Virus record (IMG/VR): IMGVR_UViG_3300049896_000002
Location: 1-63,447 of that record
DNA from: a virus
Lineage: Duplodnaviria > Caudoviricetes
Length of the DNA: 63,447 nt
Direction: 5' to 3' (one strand)
Within the stretch, counting starts at the first letter, position 1; every line of letters starts with the position of its first letter. Below are positions 8,878 to 17,665 of this stretch, piece by piece. The translations under genes were made by a program, and so were the position numbers. Below the pieces are notes generated by a model that had not been told where the DNA came from, ran no database searches, and worked only from the letters and a program-made list of their open reading frames with translations.

Positions 8878-10029
8878 TTACAACGTCATCCATGAATCCT
8901 CAGATCCGTTCACAGTCTCAGCTTCTTCACTCTCAGCCGCCACTGGGGCAGCGCAGTGCTTGAAGATGATCCGTTGAATGCTCAAGCGCAGCGCGTCACC
9001 GACAGCTAGCGGCGTTGTTTGAGTGATCCAATCGGCGATCTCTTGCGCTGCTGCTTCGACTCCTGCCGGTGCAGTCTCGCCCGTTCCGCAATTCGGGCAG
9101 GAGTAGCCACTACCGTCCCCATCTCCGTGCATGGCAGCGAACGTGAAACAGCAATCAGGACACTCGACGCATTCAACGTTAAGCCGCCGTTCCCAGGTAT
9201 GACCGTGGGCGTCGATCCACGGGTCATCCTGACCTTCGGCTGTAGCTGCGGGTGCAGAGGCCGCGTCGAATCCATCTACGTAAGCTTGGGCTGCAACCTC
9301 ATTAAGCTGCTGCTCGGTCTCGGCTGCGCCAGTGGTCGCGTCCTCAATTAGTTCGCGATGAACCTGGGCCAATTTATCGAACGCCTCAACAGACACAACA
9401 ACGTAGTTATTGTTAACGCTGTTTGGGACGCCGCTACTGAGCACGTCTCCCATTGCGCCGATGATACGACTACGGCTAACTTTCGCTCCCGTAGCGTCAG
9501 TGGCAGGATCGTAGGCCCACGTTACAAGGATGTCCGTGCCTTTTGTCGGGCCAATACGTTTCAATAATGCCGAGTGAGATTTATCTACGTCCAGAAGCAC
9601 GCCGCTCCTAATCGCTACCCATTCCCCTGCAAAGTTTTGTGCGTTTGCTTTCAACCAATCGACGTTTGCCTTTACGTCAACCTTGTGTTTTGCTTGAGCG
9701 AGTACGCCAGTGTCAGGAAACACGCACTTGCAGCCGCAATAGGTGTCTTCGTACCAGTTCAATAGCTCACGACAGTAGCCAGTTTCCCGTGATCGAAACT
9801 CGTAGTGTTTGCATTCTCCACAGCAGCGCTCACTACCGGAGACGGTGAAAACTTCTCCGCCCTGCTCGCGAATGATTTCCTCGAAGCATTCAGCCGCGCA
9901 CTTAGCCGCAGCCAGCGCCACCAAAGCGTTCGCCTTGCGTTTCAGGCACAAGTCGAGAAACTCATTCTTTAGCTCGTGGGCCATATCCTGATCTTTAGCA
10001 GTCATCACGTGTTCATGTTGCTTACTCAT
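8878..10029 (-). CDS. Mosaic early protein with DUF5678-like segment and Zn fingers
   Basis: DWLKANAQNFAGEWVAIRSGVLL; CGECKH..CGCKC; CPDC..CPNC; start moved to ATG 10029. Confidence 0.6.
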   Translation of the reverse strand: MSKQHEHVMTAKDQDMAHELKNEFLDLCLKRKANALVALAAAKCAAECFEEIIREQGGEVFTVSGSERCCGECKHYEFRSRETGYCRELLNWYEDTYCGCKCVFPDTGVLAQAKHKVDVKANVDWLKANAQNFAGEWVAIRSGVLLDVDKSHSALLKRIGPTKGTDILVTWAYDPATDATGAKVSRSRIIGAMGDVLSSGVPNSVNNNYVVVSVEAFDKLAQVHRELIEDATTGAAETEQQLNEVAAQAYVDGFDAASAPAATAEGQDDPWIDAHGHTWERRLNVECVECPDCCFTFAAMHGDGDGSGYSCPNCGTGETAPAGVEAAAQEIADWITQTTPLAVGDALRLSIQRIIFKHCAAPVAAESEEAETVNGSEDSWMTL

Positions 10030-10351
10030 TTGATTCGCCTTTCTCACTACTGGAGAGTTGAGGGAGCAGAGAAAGAAGATAATCAACGTCGTCAGTTGTT
10101 GCGACTAGCAAGGCGTCTCCAGCATTACGAAACTTCTTGCGCTTATCGTTGCGCTTGCGAATCTCTGCCACTCGCACATCGTCTGCCTGGTGGACGCGGG
10201 CGTAGGGAATGTCTTGCTTAAAGATCGGCTCGCGCTCCCATGTCACATCGGCAAGGTCAACAGGGCCATCCTCAATAGACGGATCTCCGCTTCCAAACCA
10301 TTGCAGCCAGATCCGCTCCGGTACTATTGGTGGTTGTTGCTTGTCAGTCAT
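10022..10351 (-). CDS. Phage hypothetical protein
   Basis: PERIWLQW..DVTW..DIPYAR motif; start inferred from ATGA overlap. Confidence 0.6.
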   Translation of the reverse strand: MTDKQQPPIVPERIWLQWFGSGDPSIEDGPVDLADVTWEREPIFKQDIPYARVHQADDVRVAEIRKRNDKRKKFRNAGDALLVATTDDVDYLLSLLPQLSSSEKGESNE

Positions 10352-10545
10352 CTGCATGGACCTTTCGTTATTGGCTGTATCCACCGATAGCCTAAACCAT
10401 CGCAGTGCCAGCACTGGACCGACCCGAACTGCCCGTACCCGTTACACTTGCCGCAGGCCCGCTTTTCATAGCCACGATTGCGTAGACGATCCTCGGCATC
10501 TAATCGATCGGCAAGTTCTACATCGCGATGATGCTTGTCAGTCAT
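10348..10545 (-). CDS. Small CxxCxGxG zinc-finger protein
   Basis: CGKCNGYG...CWHCDGLG. Confidence 0.7.
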   Translation of the reverse strand: MTDKHHRDVELADRLDAEDRLRNRGYEKRACGKCNGYGQFGSVQCWHCDGLGYRWIQPITKGPCR

Positions 10546-10789
10546 TGGATTTGCCTTTCACACGTCTTGTTGCGGAAGGTCTAATAACTACGGTCCAGCG
10601 GTGCGATACGTGCCGTGCTGCGGGCCACTCAGCTTTTTTCAAAAGGCTCGCAGCCGCTTCTAAGGCCGCTACGTATCTCGGGTTGTCGCTGGAGTTTCTA
10701 GCCATCTCAGCCGCGATCTTTACTGCGTGAGCTATTTGGTGGCCTGTGACTTTCCATCGATGCTGGTTGTTACCGTCTTCACCCATCAC
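10538..10789 (-). CDS. Hypothetical protein
   Basis: Operon packing. Confidence 0.5.
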   Translation of the reverse strand: MMGEDGNNQHRWKVTGHQIAHAVKIAAEMARNSSDNPRYVAALEAAASLLKKAEWPAARHVSHRWTVVIRPSATRRVKGKSND

Positions 10790-10921
10790 TTCAGCTACCG
10801 CCTTTCACGCTTGCCCGCTTTCTTCGCCGCGCACGTCGCCTCAATGTGCGCCGCCACTTCATCGCCCGAATCGGGTCGTGTTTTCTCGGCCTGTCATCCG
10901 CCCAAACGGGTTGTGGAATCA

Positions 10922-11131
10922 TCAATTACCGCCTTTCACTATCACCACCTCAACCGCAATTAACCAATCCGCACAATCACTGTAATCATCGTGGCACTCA
11001 ATACATCTGAAACAGCCTCCGCAGACGTTTAGAGTTGATCTGCACTTCCCACAGACCGCGTGCGGGCAATCGACTACCATGATCCCGTCAATGGGACAGG
11101 TTGTGGTTTGCTGCTTGAGGCTGTCCATCAT
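10922..11131 (-). CDS. Cys-rich hypothetical protein
   Basis: Several CxxC motifs. Confidence 0.55.
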   Translation of the reverse strand: MMDSLKQQTTTCPIDGIMVVDCPHAVCGKCRSTLNVCGGCFRCIECHDDYSDCADWLIAVEVVIVKGGN

Positions 11132-11159
11132 CGTCTACCGCCGGCGTTAAGAACGGCCA

Positions 11160-11405
11160 TCACTTAACCCTCAGTCTCTCGTAAAGAGCGCGAGCGCGTT
11201 GACAGTGCTCAAAATGCGGCGCGTCATCTTCTGAGTCGCACCAACAATCAGCCGTACCATAAAACCCGCGTATTCCTTCCAGCACTTCCCGAACTTCTGC
11301 GAGCTTGTCATCAAGCAATTCAGGAACGTTGTACGGTGGCCCATCGAAATACTTAAGCAGCCGCGCAACTTTGTGACCGCTTTCAACTGCGAATGTACTT
11401 GCCAT
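11160..11405 (-). CDS. Hypothetical protein, paralogue of 47719-48033
   Basis: LDDKLAEVREVL and CWC..PH..CQRARA shared. Confidence 0.65.
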   Translation of the reverse strand: MASTFAVESGHKVARLLKYFDGPPYNVPELLDDKLAEVREVLEGIRGFYGTADCWCDSEDDAPHFEHCQRARALYERLRVK

Positions 11406-12094
11406 TAGAGATCACTCCCGCGCACAAACGATTTTACTGCCTCGAATGCCGCTACTGCCGCATCCTGATCCGCTATTCTCGTGTGTCGATACGCCTGCAT
11501 TAGTTCGTAGAATTCCTGACTGTCTAAAGCATCCTCTCGCAACCCCGCATCCATCCCATGCGGCTCACGCTGGAGTGCGAGGATGCGGGCGCACACGGCG
11601 TCCACGAAGTCGCAGCGTTGTTGGTTAGCAAACTCTTCATTCCAAATCTCCATGCCGTTGATGCGCTCGTAAAAGAACCAAATACGTCCCGCCATGTTTG
11701 GATCACCGCTATCTATTACGTCCATCACCGCCGCTCGCACTGTCGTCAACGAAGCAAAAGTCTGATCCCGTGTGATGGCCGCAGAGATACGTTGTAGGAC
11801 TGCGGGATCGATCTCCGCATCCCCAGTCTGATGCTCGGGACAGTCGCAATCCTCAGCCATCGCGGCGTGGATGCGGGCAATCAACTGCTCCGCTTCCTGT
11901 TCGCTTGAGCCGTCGCTGCGCTCGCGGCATTGCCCCGCTACAGCCTCACAATCGCCGCTGGAGACGCTTTCAGTCCCCGACGCGGCCTCCGCTACCTTTT
12001 CCACGTACCGTGGGCACCACGGCATGTGGCTGTAACCGTGACAATCGTCGCACCACGATCCCTCGTTGTGTCGGTTACTGTCGTGAGTATTCAT
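11405..12094 (-). CDS. Hypothetical mosaic early protein
   Basis: 229 aa, coupled to neighbours. Confidence 0.6.
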   Translation of the reverse strand: MNTHDSNRHNEGSWCDDCHGYSHMPWCPRYVEKVAEAASGTESVSSGDCEAVAGQCRERSDGSSEQEAEQLIARIHAAMAEDCDCPEHQTGDAEIDPAVLQRISAAITRDQTFASLTTVRAAVMDVIDSGDPNMAGRIWFFYERINGMEIWNEEFANQQRCDFVDAVCARILALQREPHGMDAGLREDALDSQEFYELMQAYRHTRIADQDAAVAAFEAVKSFVRGSDL

Positions 12095-12399
12095 CGTACT
12101 TTGGCCTCCATGTTGAGCTTGCTGGCGTCGTATATCCCTAACCGCTCACAAATCCGCATCATCTGATTTGCATAACCGCGTTTCTCGTTAAAGATCAAAG
12201 CACCCGCACAATGAACGCTCTTGTCATTAGCACGGTATTCCGAGAATCCGTCTTCGTCTTCCACTGTATCCGTCGTCTGATGGCAGGGAAACTCACTTTC
12301 GGCAAATGCCCTCAATCGAGACAACTTGAATCCACGCTTCATCTGCGGCGTATCAAGGAACGGACACGCATCGCAGGGCGTGGTCATGCTGTACTTCAT
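12091..12399 (-). CDS. Cys-rich phage protein (DUF6283-like)
   Basis: PCDACPF..FPCH..HCAG pattern. Confidence 0.6.
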   Translation of the reverse strand: MKYSMTTPCDACPFLDTPQMKRGFKLSRLRAFAESEFPCHQTTDTVEDEDGFSEYRANDKSVHCAGALIFNEKRGYANQMMRICERLGIYDASKLNMEAKVR

Positions 12400-12414
12400 A
12401 ATGCTACCTGCCCG

Positions 12415-12666
12415 TTACGGAGCGATCCATCCCTGTCGTGACGATGGACAGCCCGCCGAGATATAACATTCACTGCAGAGGAAATGTCCGTTCTCACGGT
12501 TTAGTGTTCCTTCTTCCTGCCAGACGTAGTCGTCTGCTGTCATGTCCGTCACGCCGCTGTGTGCTTCACTGGCCGCGCTGACGTATTCAGCAAGTTCATC
12601 CGGCCTCTTACCACAGCCAACGCAAATCAGTTCTGGTCGATTGCCGTCGTGGATTTCAGTGGTCAT
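12415..12666 (-). CDS. Zn-finger hypothetical protein
   Basis: CVGC..EEGTLN..GHFLCSECY. Confidence 0.65.
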   Translation of the reverse strand: MTTEIHDGNRPELICVGCGKRPDELAEYVSAASEAHSGVTDMTADDYVWQEEGTLNRENGHFLCSECYISAGCPSSRQGWIAP

Positions 12667-12675
12667 TGCCGCGCC

Positions 12676-13029
12676 TCACTTTTCTTCAACTGTCACAACA
12701 TCCGGCCATTCGCGGTGGTCGTCTCCGGTCAATTCTTCTAATTGCCGATCGATCAATTCCCGAACCTCATCTTGGCTGCGACACCTGACGTACAAATGCC
12801 ACGTCCACCAGAGGCAATGTCTTAAGTTACTGGCTAGATCCGAATAAGCCTGATGCAGCACGTAACGCAGAATGCCGCCATAACCACCCAGCGCTCGAAA
12901 CATCACCGAGAAGCACATGTAAGTCACCAGGAATGGTGGCATAATGTCAGCATGGTTGAAGCAGTTACGGGCAGCCTTGCAGCGTTCCTCGTATAGCGTT
13001 TGATTAGGCGGCTCAATCGTTACCCTCAT
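12676..13029 (-). CDS. Hypothetical protein
   Basis: Operon packing. Confidence 0.55.
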   Translation of the reverse strand: MRVTIEPPNQTLYEERCKAARNCFNHADIMPPFLVTYMCFSVMFRALGGYGGILRYVLHQAYSDLASNLRHCLWWTWHLYVRCRSQDEVRELIDRQLEELTGDDHREWPDVVTVEEK

Positions 13030-13262
13030 CCTTCATGCTCCTTGGTGGTGGTCGCAAACTTCCGCGTGAAGCCGCCCCACTGGTCTATATGTCCATCGTC
13101 GGGCTGCTTAGCTGTTGTCTGATCGTATTCTTCCCATTCTAACCAACCGCACTCGCAGCCCCACGGCCCATAGAGCCACGCTACGCCGTTGTGAACTTCA
13201 TCACGGCGGCACCCCTGACCGCAGCGGGGACATTTCTGTGATTCGTTGCTCATGATTATCAA
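13026..13262 (-). CDS. Zn-ribbon hypothetical protein
   Basis: CPRCG..GPWGCECGW. Confidence 0.65.
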   Translation of the reverse strand: MIIMSNESQKCPRCGQGCRRDEVHNGVAWLYGPWGCECGWLEWEEYDQTTAKQPDDGHIDQWGGFTRKFATTTKEHEG

Positions 13263-13645
13263 TCGCTATCTGAGTAGTACCAACTCATGCGGCAGCGCGG
13301 ACAGGTTTGTGTTCCTTCGAACCAGTGTGACGTGTACTCACCGTTGAATGAGGTTCCGGTTTTTTCGCACTTGAACCATCCCTCAAAGCTACCCCACTCC
13401 CAACTGTAGCCGCATGATTCGCATGGATCGTAGTGGCCGGGGTAACACCATCGAATCCACCACTTCTTTACCGGCGCTCGTTTGCCTGTACTCCAGTAGA
13501 GCTTTCTACCGCCGTGGTCCCAAACCCACAGTCTGACGCGCAGCCAGTAGTAGCCAAACCAGCGCCAAAAGGCGGGATGATCCGAGTGCCACGCCAGCGT
13601 GTCGTCATTGGCGTATTCGCTTAGAGTTAAGCTCTCGTCACCCAT
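13259..13645 (-). CDS. Trp-rich Zn-ribbon hypothetical protein
   Basis: CESC..CPRC; SD GAGGGG. Confidence 0.6.
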   Translation of the reverse strand: MGDESLTLSEYANDDTLAWHSDHPAFWRWFGYYWLRVRLWVWDHGGRKLYWSTGKRAPVKKWWIRWCYPGHYDPCESCGYSWEWGSFEGWFKCEKTGTSFNGEYTSHWFEGTQTCPRCRMSWYYSDSD

Positions 13646-13663
13646 CCCCTCACCCGCTCCTTT

Positions 13664-13825
13664 TCAACTGATGCTGCCTCTTCGCCGTGCTAGCCCGTTA
13701 AGCGCTTGACGCACAACCATAAGCTGATCGTCGAGTACGTCTTGAATCAGACCGTCTTTTGCGCCTAGCCCAGCCTCGGTCAACTTTATTCTCTCAACTC
13801 GGTTCCTGACGCGGAGGAAGTGTGG
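13664..13825 (-). pseudogene. Start-less remnant of the 11160/47719 paralogue family
   Basis: In frame after TAG of upstream gene: PHFLRVRNRVERIKL...VLDDQLMVVRQAL. Confidence 0.4.
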
Positions 13826-14311
13826 CTAGTCGCTTCCGTCGCCGTTCTTTGGCAGCTCCACTCGCAAGAGCAGCGCAGCGTCGCGTCTGAAAGCCTCAGC
13901 TAGTCTGTCTTGCTCTTTTTTGTTTTCCTTCAATCGCGCAAGAATCACATTGTTACTGTCAGACACAGCTACCATTGAAGCTATCGATACCTTGCGGCGT
14001 CCGGCCTTGTCAGATGAAAACCACACCTCATCGCGGCCCCGGTAGTCTCTCCCGGCGACAGATGTGATTTTCCCCTTTTGCAGATTACCCAACGAGTTCG
14101 GATACGAATCAAGGAAGTAAGCATCAATCGGCTCCCACGGCTTTTCCTTCTTTGTCTCAATCCGATCCAGCGCGTTATCGATATACTCGCGCGCCTTTGG
14201 TAATGTTGGCGCTTTACGCTGGCGTCCGTTGACGGTGAACTGCCAGACGTTTTCATCTTCGAGCAGCATGATCTCGATGTCTCTGTGCATCTGCTTAATC
14301 GGTTCGCTCAT
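13826..14311 (-). CDS. Hypothetical protein
   Basis: 161 aa, SD GGAG. Confidence 0.7.
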   Translation of the reverse strand: MSEPIKQMHRDIEIMLLEDENVWQFTVNGRQRKAPTLPKAREYIDNALDRIETKKEKPWEPIDAYFLDSYPNSLGNLQKGKITSVAGRDYRGRDEVWFSSDKAGRRKVSIASMVAVSDSNNVILARLKENKKEQDRLAEAFRRDAALLLRVELPKNGDGSD

Positions 14312-14350
14312 TTCTTCGCTCCGTTCTTTGACTTGACAGAGTGCGACTAC

Positions 14351-14596
14351 TCAAGCGGCGGTTCTTACACCTTTCGCCACAAGTTGTCTGTAAATCTCGA
14401 CGTAGGATTCGCCCCATGACTCATCACCTAGTTCCCAGCCCGACTTCTTTGCCACTAATTCCTCGGCGGTCATCTTGTTAATTCTGTCATCGTAGCTGGA
14501 ATCGTTCTCGTCCTTTGCGCCGAGCCGCTGTCGTATGTCGGCCAGATCCGCGTCTTCAAGAATGAGCGTGTTGATTACTGGCTGCTTCTTTCTCAT
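14351..14596 (-). CDS. Hypothetical protein
   Basis: 81 aa, coupled to Zn-ribbon gene. Confidence 0.65.
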   Translation of the reverse strand: MRKKQPVINTLILEDADLADIRQRLGAKDENDSSYDDRINKMTAEELVAKKSGWELGDESWGESYVEIYRQLVAKGVRTAA

Positions 14597-14745
14597 TTCG
14601 TTTTCCCTTTCGGCTTTTCATCCCACGAGTACGATTTACAGCGCGGACACACCACCGGCCGCGCCATTAGCGAGCGCCATTTATGTCCGCACTTAGGCCG
14701 TTGGCACTCGTGCTCAAACATTGTCATTGCCGCTTTTGTCTTCAT
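14593..14745 (-). CDS. Small Zn-ribbon putative DNA-binding protein (50 aa, not in ORF track)
   Basis: MKTKAAMTMFEHECQRPKCGHKWRSLMARPVVCPRCKSYSWDEKPKGKTK. Confidence 0.75.
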   Translation of the reverse strand: MKTKAAMTMFEHECQRPKCGHKWRSLMARPVVCPRCKSYSWDEKPKGKTK

Positions 14746-14753
14746 GGGCCATC

Positions 14754-14782
14754 ATCCTACTACCACTACTACGTAGTGTCAA
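14754..14782 (-). promoter_or_regulatory. sigma70-type promoter with GTAG-repeat spacer
   Basis: TTGACA-ctacgtagtagtggtag-TAGGAT (17-bp spacer). Confidence 0.8.
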
Positions 14783-14800
14783 TAGATAAATAAATAAATC

Positions 14801-15001
14801 TCACCCGGTTCGCCGCAACCAGCGCAGTAACCTTCTATACCACGGCAACGGAGCACTTGTATCCAGCGTGATCACCCGCTTCAACTTCGCCGTCGTCTCC
14901 TCGTCCACGGGAAATCTCATTGATTGCTTAGCCTGATAGATCCTCGTTTCGATCTGATCGTTGATGGTTAGTCTCAGTGGCTTGGGGAATCGGGGGATCA
15001 T
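14801..15001 (-). CDS. Hypothetical protein
   Basis: SD AAGGAG. Confidence 0.6.
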   Translation of the reverse strand: MIPRFPKPLRLTINDQIETRIYQAKQSMRFPVDEETTAKLKRVITLDTSAPLPWYRRLLRWLRRTG

Positions 15002-15016
15002 TGAGTATGGCTCCTT

Positions 15017-15244
15017 TCAGTCTTCCAGCTCGTGTAGGCCGCTCACAAAATGTCCGTGCGATATACGCGCATCTTCATCAAACCTAACGTCTGCCATCCA
15101 TTCTCCACACTGGCAGTAAACCTTGATGACCGTAGCAGGTTTGTAGAAACGGGAGTTGTCGCCTCTGTCACCGCCCGCAAGCTCCCAGGTAAAACTATCG
15201 AACACGAGGCGACGGCAGCCTTCAAGTTTACGTGGCGTGATCAT
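15017..15244 (-). CDS. Hypothetical protein (SH3-like beta pattern)
   Basis: GDNSRFYKPATVIKVY..ADVRFD..SHGHF. Confidence 0.6.
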   Translation of the reverse strand: MITPRKLEGCRRLVFDSFTWELAGGDRGDNSRFYKPATVIKVYCQCGEWMADVRFDEDARISHGHFVSGLHELED

Positions 15245-15563
15245 CGCTTCCCTCTCGGCCCACAGCGGCGAGGGCGGCGGCGATCTGTTTCAGCAACGCA
15301 TCTGATTCCTTACTGCGGCGCATTCCGTGAACTACTACTTGCGTCGCTTCGAGCGCTGCCACGAGTTTCGGCACGGCGTTGCAGTCTGAGACGATTTGCG
15401 CGGCTACTTGCTGATCGTAAACTTCAGCCAGCGGCCAGTCTCGATCATCGTATAGTACATACTGGCCTTTTCTACTCAGGTCCGGCTCATATTTGTAGCG
15501 CCACTCCCCGCTTGTATCCGGCGCGGTAGCCTGTCTGATGTCTTCGTTGTTATTGTTGACCAT
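15228..15563 (-). CDS. Hypothetical protein
   Basis: TSGEW...AQIVSDCNAVPKLVAALE, common phage early-gene pattern. Confidence 0.65.
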   Translation of the reverse strand: MVNNNNEDIRQATAPDTSGEWRYKYEPDLSRKGQYVLYDDRDWPLAEVYDQQVAAQIVSDCNAVPKLVAALEATQVVVHGMRRSKESDALLKQIAAALAAVGREGSDDHAT

Positions 15564-15741
15564 TGTCGCTTCCTTTCGCTCCGTCTCTCACTTGCTGGTT
15601 CTTTAAGAATTCCATCAACTCGTCACCAAGCTTGGTGGCGACCTTGCCGGTGTTCAAGCACCGCTCGCAGTTCGTACCTGAATAGCGACTGTCGCCTTCG
15701 CACTTGTAGCACTCGCGCTCAAATTGGATATTCATTTCCAC
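15550..15741 (-). CDS. Small zinc-finger protein
   Basis: CYKCEG..CERCLNTG..TKLGDELMEFL. Confidence 0.65.
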   Translation of the reverse strand: MEMNIQFERECYKCEGDSRYSGTNCERCLNTGKVATKLGDELMEFLKNQQVRDGAKGSDNGQQ

Positions 15742-15851
15742 TGTCGCCTTCCTTTCGTCGTCACTGGTTCCAAATGACGATTATCCGCACAGGGTTTCGA
15801 GTAGCACAGCTCTTAGAACGGGGATAAAACTCGTTAAGACGAGAGAGCGGG

Positions 15852-16043
15852 CTAGAGCTCAGTTTTCCGAACGTTGAATACGTCTTTAGCGACTTGCGTG
15901 GTTTCCTTGCCAAATAGATCGGCCACGAGCGCCACGGTTACGTATTCCTCAATCGCTGCTTGGTCTAGTTCGGCGTCGTTGTCGTTGTAAGCGATCCATC
16001 TGACCGCGCGGTTGTATGTAGGGTTACTCAATGGTTTCGTCAT
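15852..16043 (-). CDS. Phage hypothetical protein
   Basis: YNRAVRWIAYND..VTVALVADLFGK; start set by SD GAGGAG. Confidence 0.65.
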   Translation of the reverse strand: MTKPLSNPTYNRAVRWIAYNDNDAELDQAAIEEYVTVALVADLFGKETTQVAKDVFNVRKTEL

Positions 16044-16072
16044 CGTCTTATCTCCTCGCGTTATGTCGTTCG

Positions 16073-16312
16073 TTAGAAAATCTTGCACGGTGGATATTCA
16101 ACTATCGCGCTGCCCGTGACGATCTCAACCGACAATCGCAAGTCACTCTCGCAGTGATCGCATTCCTGATCGTCTGGCACGTCTGCCCGCTCACACGGAA
16201 ACGCCGGAATGCCTGCGTGGTAACACGTGGCGCAATAGGCGTAGCCGCACAGGTCAACAAATACCGCGTGACGCTCTTGTTTAACCGTTTCAATCGTTGT
16301 TTGTGCCGACAT
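16073..16312 (-). CDS. Cys-rich hypothetical protein
   Basis: YCATC..CDHC; SD AAGGAG. Confidence 0.65.
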   Translation of the reverse strand: MSAQTTIETVKQERHAVFVDLCGYAYCATCYHAGIPAFPCERADVPDDQECDHCESDLRLSVEIVTGSAIVEYPPCKIF

Positions 16313-16359
16313 TGCCGTTGTCTCCTTGCGTTGTGTTCGTCTTTGTCATCGTGAGAGGG

Positions 16360-16431
16360 ACTATACTCGCGTTAGTTTACGCTGTCAAGCAAATAATTAG
16401 TGTTGACAAATTATTTTCCAAGTGCTAAATT
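16360..16431. promoter_or_regulatory. Back-to-back divergent sigma70-type promoters
   Basis: Minus: TTGACA-17-TATAGT (16388-16360); plus: TTGACA-17-TAAATT (16403-16431). Confidence 0.85.
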
Positions 16432-16440
16432 CCTTCCACG

Positions 16441-16644
16441 ATGAACGGATTGCTAACACTGACAGAAGCGGCTGAGATTAAAGGCGTCTCGCGCCAGGCT
16501 ATTTACAAGGCCATCGAGAAAGGGAACCTCAAGGGCGTCAAGGTGCGCGTGAGTGAGTATCGAGTACGCCGCACGGATCTTGATAAGTACCGACCAAATC
16601 CAAACATGAAACGAGCGGGCAGACCACGGAGAGCGGCGAAATGA
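16441..16644 (+). CDS. HTH_17 DNA-binding protein
   Basis: LLTLTEAAEIKGVSRQAIYKAIEKGNL; C-terminal AT-hook-like AGRPR. Confidence 0.85.
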   Translation: MNGLLTLTEAAEIKGVSRQAIYKAIEKGNLKGVKVRVSEYRVRRTDLDKYRPNPNMKRAGRPRRAAK

Positions 16645-16823
16645 GCACATGCCATTCGTGCGACGAGGAGCGTCCATTTCTTGCCGGACAAGAAGGTAAA
16701 CAGCATATTCCACTGTACAGCGGCGGAGAGCACGGCGGAGCGATGTGCTATGCCTCATCAATCTATGGTTGGCAAGCTAAGGAAGATAAGGATCGAATTG
16801 ACGCGCCACCCGCGCCGGAGTGA
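16641..16823 (+). CDS. Hypothetical protein
   Basis: ATGA overlap with HTH gene. Confidence 0.5.
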   Translation: MSTCHSCDEERPFLAGQEGKQHIPLYSGGEHGGAMCYASSIYGWQAKEDKDRIDAPPAPE

Positions 16824-17003
16824 GAAATGAGCGACGGTGAAATCAGAGACAGTCTTGTATGGTTTGGATTTGATGTACGAGATCTGGAATGGTTGCAGGA
16901 TTTAATTCCACGCAGCGACGAATTTCACCTTTCAATTCAGCGGGCAATTCGTAAACTGGAACAGCACAAAGTTAAACTAGGTCAGCCACCGGAGCAATGA
17001 AGG

Positions 17004-17240
17004 ATGAGCGAGAGAGTGTCCACAACTCAGGCGATTGCTAATGCCGTTGGCGGTAGCTGGCGCTATAATCGTCAGTCGCGGCAATGGCAGTGCTCAGATG
17101 GATCGGTAGCGCATTGGGTTTGGTCTTGTTTCTCATACTGTGATGAAGATAACTGCGGCCATCCACCCGAGTTATGGCTGTACGGACGTGGAACTCCGCA
17201 GAGGCTGGTGCTCGCTCAACCACAGGAGCAGGAACGATGA
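17004..17240 (+). CDS. Hypothetical protein
   Basis: Operon packing. Confidence 0.5.
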   Translation: MSERVSTTQAIANAVGGSWRYNRQSRQWQCSDGSVAHWVWSCFSYCDEDNCGHPPELWLYGRGTPQRLVLAQPQEQER

Positions 17241-17257
17241 ATGGAGTAACGTAGTCT

Positions 17258-17665
17258 ATGGCTGGACGCCCTACAAAGTACATTCCTGAGTACACTGATA
17301 AGATCCTTGAGGCAATTCGTCTCGGTGCTCCCCTTACTCACGCCTGTCGCTATGCCAACGTATCATTTGAAACGTTCAACGAATGGCGCAAGCAATACCC
17401 TGAATTTTCTGAGCAGGTAAAAACCGCTGAAGGGCAAATGGTAAAAACCTGCCTTGAGCAGATCGATACCGCAGCGACTAATGGCAGTTGGCAGGCTGCC
17501 GCATGGCGGCTCGAACGCCGTTATCCGCATGAGTTTGGACGCCGTGATAGAATGCCGCTTGATGAGCGCGAGCTTGAGCGTCAATTTGAGGCAGAGATGG
17601 CGGGAATTGAAGCCGGAGGAGAAGCCGGCCTTCCTACGGGCGCTGAGAGCAAGGCGGTCAACTGA
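17258..17665 (+). CDS. terS: Terminase small subunit
   Basis: GRPTKY, HTH, WQAAAWRLERRYP; precedes terL. Confidence 0.85.
   Translation: MAGRPTKYIPEYTDKILEAIRLGAPLTHACRYANVSFETFNEWRKQYPEFSEQVKTAEGQMVKTCLEQIDTAATNGSWQAAAWRLERRYPHEFGRRDRMPLDERELERQFEAEMAGIEAGGEAGLPTGAESKAVN

Noticed and set aside
17454-17561. TerL N-terminal extension in ORF track
   Set aside because: Lies wholly within the conserved part of terS; ATG 17562 more plausible, and terS/terL overlap is ordinary
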